From positions 1-59,728 of the IMG/VR virus record IMGVR_UViG_3300046028_010391: 59,728 bases of DNA, one strand, 5' to 3'. The notes beneath the pieces were generated by a model. That model had not been told where the DNA came from, did not search any database, and saw nothing but the letters and a program-made list of their open reading frames with translations. Shown here in pieces: positions 56,206-59,728 of this stretch (its first letter is position 1; every line of letters starts with the position of its first letter). The translations under genes and the position numbers were made by a program. The DNA is from a virus (lineage: Duplodnaviria; Caudoviricetes).

Positions 56206-57642
56206 ATGAATAATAGTTTTGAACACTTGCCAAAAGAGCAAAGGAAAAAGATCTTACTTATTTGTGACGATATCCGAGTTCATTCGGGGATTGCAACAGT
56301 AGGTAGAGAAATTGTAATTCACACCTCCCATCATTTCAATTGGGTAAACATTGGTGGAGCAGTAAAACACCCAGAAGAAGGTAAACGTTTAGATCTTTCA
56401 GAATCTACAAACGTAAATGCAGGTATTGATGATTCTTCAGTAATTATGTATCCAGTTACAGGATACGGTACTCCAGAATTAGTTCGTCACTTAATTAAAG
56501 CTGAACAACCTGATGCTATTATGTTGATTACTGATCCTCGTTACTTTACATGGTTGTTTGCTATTGAAAATGAAATCCGTAAACACATTCCTATTGCTTA
56601 CTTAAACATTTGGGATGACTATCCAGCACCTCACTACAATAAAGCATTTTATGAGGCATGTGATTTGTTGATGGGTATTTCAAAACAAACAGTAAACATC
56701 AATAAACTTGTATTACGAGATAAAGCGGAAAGTAGAATTTTACGTTATGTTCCTCACGGTTTGAATAATGATATTTTTAAACCTTTGAGTAAAGAAGATG
56801 AACAATTAAAAGAATTTAAAAAGAAATTATTCCAAGGTAAAGAATATGATTTTGTTTTGTTCTTTAACTCTAGAAATATTCGCCGCAAACAAATTCCAGA
56901 TGCGATGTTAGCTTATAGATACTTTATTGATAAATTGTCTATTGAACAAGCTAAAAAATGTGCATTTGTACTTCATACCGAATTAGTAAGTGAACACGGT
57001 ACAGATCTCCCAGCAGTTCAAGAATTGATTTTAAATGGAGAACAATACAATGTAATTTATACTGGAGATCGTTTTGATGCTAATGGAATGAATTTATTGT
57101 ATAACAGCTGTGATGCTCAGATTTTGTTAACATCAAATGAAGGTTGGGGATTAAGTTTAACGGAAGCTATGTTATGTGGTTTACCTATTATTGCTAACGT
57201 AACAGGTGGTATGCAAGATCAAATGCGTTTTGAATTTGAAGATGGTACTTGGATTGATTTTGATGCAGATTTCCCTTCAAATCATAACGGAACCTATAAA
57301 AAACACGGTAAATGGGCTTTCCCAGTATATCCAACAAATCGTTCATTAGTTGGTTCACCACCAACACCTTATATTTGGGATGATAGATGCACCTCAGAAG
57401 ATGCAGCTGAACAAATTATGGCTGTTTATAATTTAGGTAAAGAAGGTCGTGAAGAAGTAGGTTTAGCTGGCCGTGAATGGGCTATTGGTGATGAAGCTGG
57501 ATTTACAGCAAAACACCAAGCATCAAGAGTTATTGAAGCATTTAATACACTATTTGAAACTTGGAAACCGAGAGAAAAATATGAATTAATTAATGTTAAT
57601 CAAGTAGAAGATAGAATTGTAAACCATAAATTGTTATATTAA
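56206..57642 (+). CDS. Glycosyltransferase family 4
   Basis: HSGIA, VPHG, RNIRRK, NEGWGLSLTEAMLCGLP. Confidence 0.88.
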   Translation: MNNSFEHLPKEQRKKILLICDDIRVHSGIATVGREIVIHTSHHFNWVNIGGAVKHPEEGKRLDLSESTNVNAGIDDSSVIMYPVTGYGTPELVRHLIKAEQPDAIMLITDPRYFTWLFAIENEIRKHIPIAYLNIWDDYPAPHYNKAFYEACDLLMGISKQTVNINKLVLRDKAESRILRYVPHGLNNDIFKPLSKEDEQLKEFKKKLFQGKEYDFVLFFNSRNIRRKQIPDAMLAYRYFIDKLSIEQAKKCAFVLHTELVSEHGTDLPAVQELILNGEQYNVIYTGDRFDANGMNLLYNSCDAQILLTSNEGWGLSLTEAMLCGLPIIANVTGGMQDQMRFEFEDGTWIDFDADFPSNHNGTYKKHGKWAFPVYPTNRSLVGSPPTPYIWDDRCTSEDAAEQIMAVYNLGKEGREEVGLAGREWAIGDEAGFTAKHQASRVIEAFNTLFETWKPREKYELINVNQVEDRIVNHKLLY

Positions 57643-58949
57643 TGAAACCGTTATTTGTAATAAGTTCTCCTTTTGACACCTATAGTGGCTATGGTGCTCG
57701 TTCAAGAGATTTAATTAAAGCCATTGTAGAATCTGATAAATATAATGTAAGATTGATTTCCCAACGTTGGGGAGGTACACCGTTTGGATTTTGTGAAGAT
57801 AATCCAGAATGGAAATTTCTTTTAGATCTACAACTCCCTAATAATCAACTTCCTAAACAACCAGAAATTTGGGCTCAGGTAACTGTACCTAATGAATTCC
57901 AACCAGTAGGAAAATATAATATTGGTTTTACAGCTGGTATTGAAACTACTTTATGTGCACCTGAATGGATTGAAGGATGTAACAGAATGGATCTTAACAT
58001 TGTTTCTTCAGAACATTCTAAAAAAGTATTTGTAGATTCTAAATATGAAAAAAGAAACAAACAAACAAATGTTCTTGAAGGTACAATTGAATTATCTAAA
58101 CCTATGGAAGTGTTGTTTGAAGGAGCAAACACAGACATTTACAAAGTTATTGAATCTCACCAAGTTAAAACTATTAATTTAGATTCAATTAAAGAAAAAT
58201 TTGCATATTTGTTTGTAGGTCACTGGATTACAGGTGATTTTAATGAAGATAGAAAGAATGTAAGTTTGTTAGTTAAAGCATTTTATGAAGTATTTAAAAA
58301 CAAACAAAACAAACCAGCACTTATCTTAAAAACTTCTCAAGTAGGTGCCTCTTATATGGACCGAGAAGAAATTCTTAAAAAGATTAAACAAATTCTTAAA
58401 ACTGTAAACTCTAAAAATGTACCTAATGTTTATTTGTTACATGGAGAATTTACAGATGTAGAAATGAATGAATTATATAATCATTCTAAAGTAAAAGCTA
58501 TGGTTAGTTTAACTAAAGGTGAAGGTTTTGGTCGTCCACTACTTGAATTTAGTTTGACTAAAAAGCCAATTATTACTACAGGATGGTCTGGACATATGGA
58601 TTTCTTGAATCCCGATTTTGTAAATCTAATTCAAGGTCAATTAACAAATGTACATGAAAGCGCTGCTAATCAGTTTCTATTAAAAGATTCTCAATGGTTC
58701 TCAGCAGACCATGGTCAAGTAGGTTACTTCCTTAAGGATGTATTTGAAAATTATAAAAACTATACTGACAAAGCAAAACGCCAAGCATATTATAGTAAAT
58801 CCAACTTTAGTTGGGATAAAATGAAGGAAAAAATTGATACTATTTTAACAGATAATATCCCTGAGTTTCCTAAAGAAGTAAGTTTAAAACTACCTTCACT
58901 GAAAAAAATCGAAATGCCAAAACTTAAAAAAGTAGAACAAAATGGATAA
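57642..58949 (+). CDS. Glycosyltransferase family 4
   Basis: SGYGARSR, DRKN, KGEGFGRPLLEF. Confidence 0.88.
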   Translation: MKPLFVISSPFDTYSGYGARSRDLIKAIVESDKYNVRLISQRWGGTPFGFCEDNPEWKFLLDLQLPNNQLPKQPEIWAQVTVPNEFQPVGKYNIGFTAGIETTLCAPEWIEGCNRMDLNIVSSEHSKKVFVDSKYEKRNKQTNVLEGTIELSKPMEVLFEGANTDIYKVIESHQVKTINLDSIKEKFAYLFVGHWITGDFNEDRKNVSLLVKAFYEVFKNKQNKPALILKTSQVGASYMDREEILKKIKQILKTVNSKNVPNVYLLHGEFTDVEMNELYNHSKVKAMVSLTKGEGFGRPLLEFSLTKKPIITTGWSGHMDFLNPDFVNLIQGQLTNVHESAANQFLLKDSQWFSADHGQVGYFLKDVFENYKNYTDKAKRQAYYSKSNFSWDKMKEKIDTILTDNIPEFPKEVSLKLPSLKKIEMPKLKKVEQNG

Positions 58950-59397
58950 TCTAATTGTATGCGCACATTGTGGCTCAGATGCCTGCTATGTTGATGAAGT
59001 GAATCAAGATATTAAAACTTATTTTTGTTATGGGTGTGGTTTTCAAACTAACTCATTAATGAAAGAAGGTGAAACATTTTTTGAAGAACAAATTTCCATA
59101 CTTCCTGAATTGTATAAGGATTTATTAGGTAAAGATGATGATGGTCACGTTTGGATGCCTTCATCAGTAAATGTTCCTACCCAAGGTATGATATTTGCTA
59201 ATGGTCCCTCTAAAGATCAATGGGGATGGGGAGCTGTTAAAGCAGTTCCTGTTACTGAAGAGGAAAAAGAAAAATATCCTATTAAAAACCAACCAGGAAA
59301 ATTTTACGAGTGGAGAATGGATATGACTACTCTTCAAATGTTCCCTGAACGTGATTTTATAGAAGCTCTTTCTTATATTGGTGTTTTACCTGAATAA
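58942..59397 (+). CDS. Hypothetical protein with Zn-ribbon-like motifs
   Basis: CAHCGSDAC and CYGCG. Confidence 0.7.
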   Translation: MDNLIVCAHCGSDACYVDEVNQDIKTYFCYGCGFQTNSLMKEGETFFEEQISILPELYKDLLGKDDDGHVWMPSSVNVPTQGMIFANGPSKDQWGWGAVKAVPVTEEEKEKYPIKNQPGKFYEWRMDMTTLQMFPERDFIEALSYIGVLPE

Positions 59398-59408
59398 AAA
59401 TAAAATTT

Positions 59409-59728
59409 ATGAAAAAAATATGGTACGCTCCCTATAAGTTTGAATCTTATGGAGAAGAAGAAATTAAAGCAGTAGAAGAATCACTCCGCTCAGGATGGTT
59501 AGGTGGACAAGGTCCTAAATCAGTTGAATTTGAAGAAAAAATTGCTAAACGATTTGGTAAAAAATATGGTGTATTTGTTAACTCAGGTTCATCAGCATGT
59601 TTGTTAGCTATTGCCGCTTTGAATTTACCTAAAGGATGTAAAATTATTACTCCGGCTTGTACATTTTCAACCACATTGGCTCCTATTATTCAATTAGGTT
59701 ATAAACCTAAATTTGTAGATGTAGGATT
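59409..59728 (+). CDS. DegT/DnrJ/EryC1/StrS-family PLP-dependent NDP-sugar enzyme, 3'-truncated
   Basis: Read by hand: EEEIKAV...SGWL...FEEKIA...FVNSGSSA...ITPACTFSTT...PKFVDV. Runs off the window. Confidence 0.88.
   Translation, partial: MKKIWYAPYKFESYGEEEIKAVEESLRSGWLGGQGPKSVEFEEKIAKRFGKKYGVFVNSGSSACLLAIAALNLPKGCKIITPACTFSTTLAPIIQLGYKPKFVDVG

Overview
About 60 kb of a large AT-rich, T4-like contractile-tailed phage genome, almost entirely + strand. Promoter and signal-peptide signatures point to a Bacteroidota host (inference). 1-27.2 kb is a late structural module: a modular tail fibre, neck and tail-terminator proteins, a 1632-aa proline-free Gly-X-Y (Ser/Thr) repeat protein followed by three glycosyltransferases (one TibC/Aah-like), then sheath, tube, a gp26-like chaperone with a probable +1 frameshift, tape measure and baseplate. 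27.2-36 kb is replication: a minimal family-A polymerase, SSB, UvsX, 5'-3' exonuclease, helicase and class I RNR. 37.7-48.4 kb holds small genes and a 7-deazaguanine DNA-modification cluster (TGT-fold/DpdA-like, QueC, QueD, QueE, FolE) interleaved with an Hpt-like phosphoribosyltransferase, a MazG-like pyrophosphatase, an exported nuclease and PolB. 48.4-59.7 kb has clamp, GroES/GroEL, clamp loader, a Cas4-like nuclease and a second sugar cluster. The two best candidates for undescribed systems are (1) a phage-encoded protein O-glycosylation cassette acting on a giant Ser/Thr-rich virion fibre and (2) a possible nucleotide-pool (pre-replicative) route to 7-deazaguanine DNA. All family assignments are from motif recognition by eye, with no database searches.
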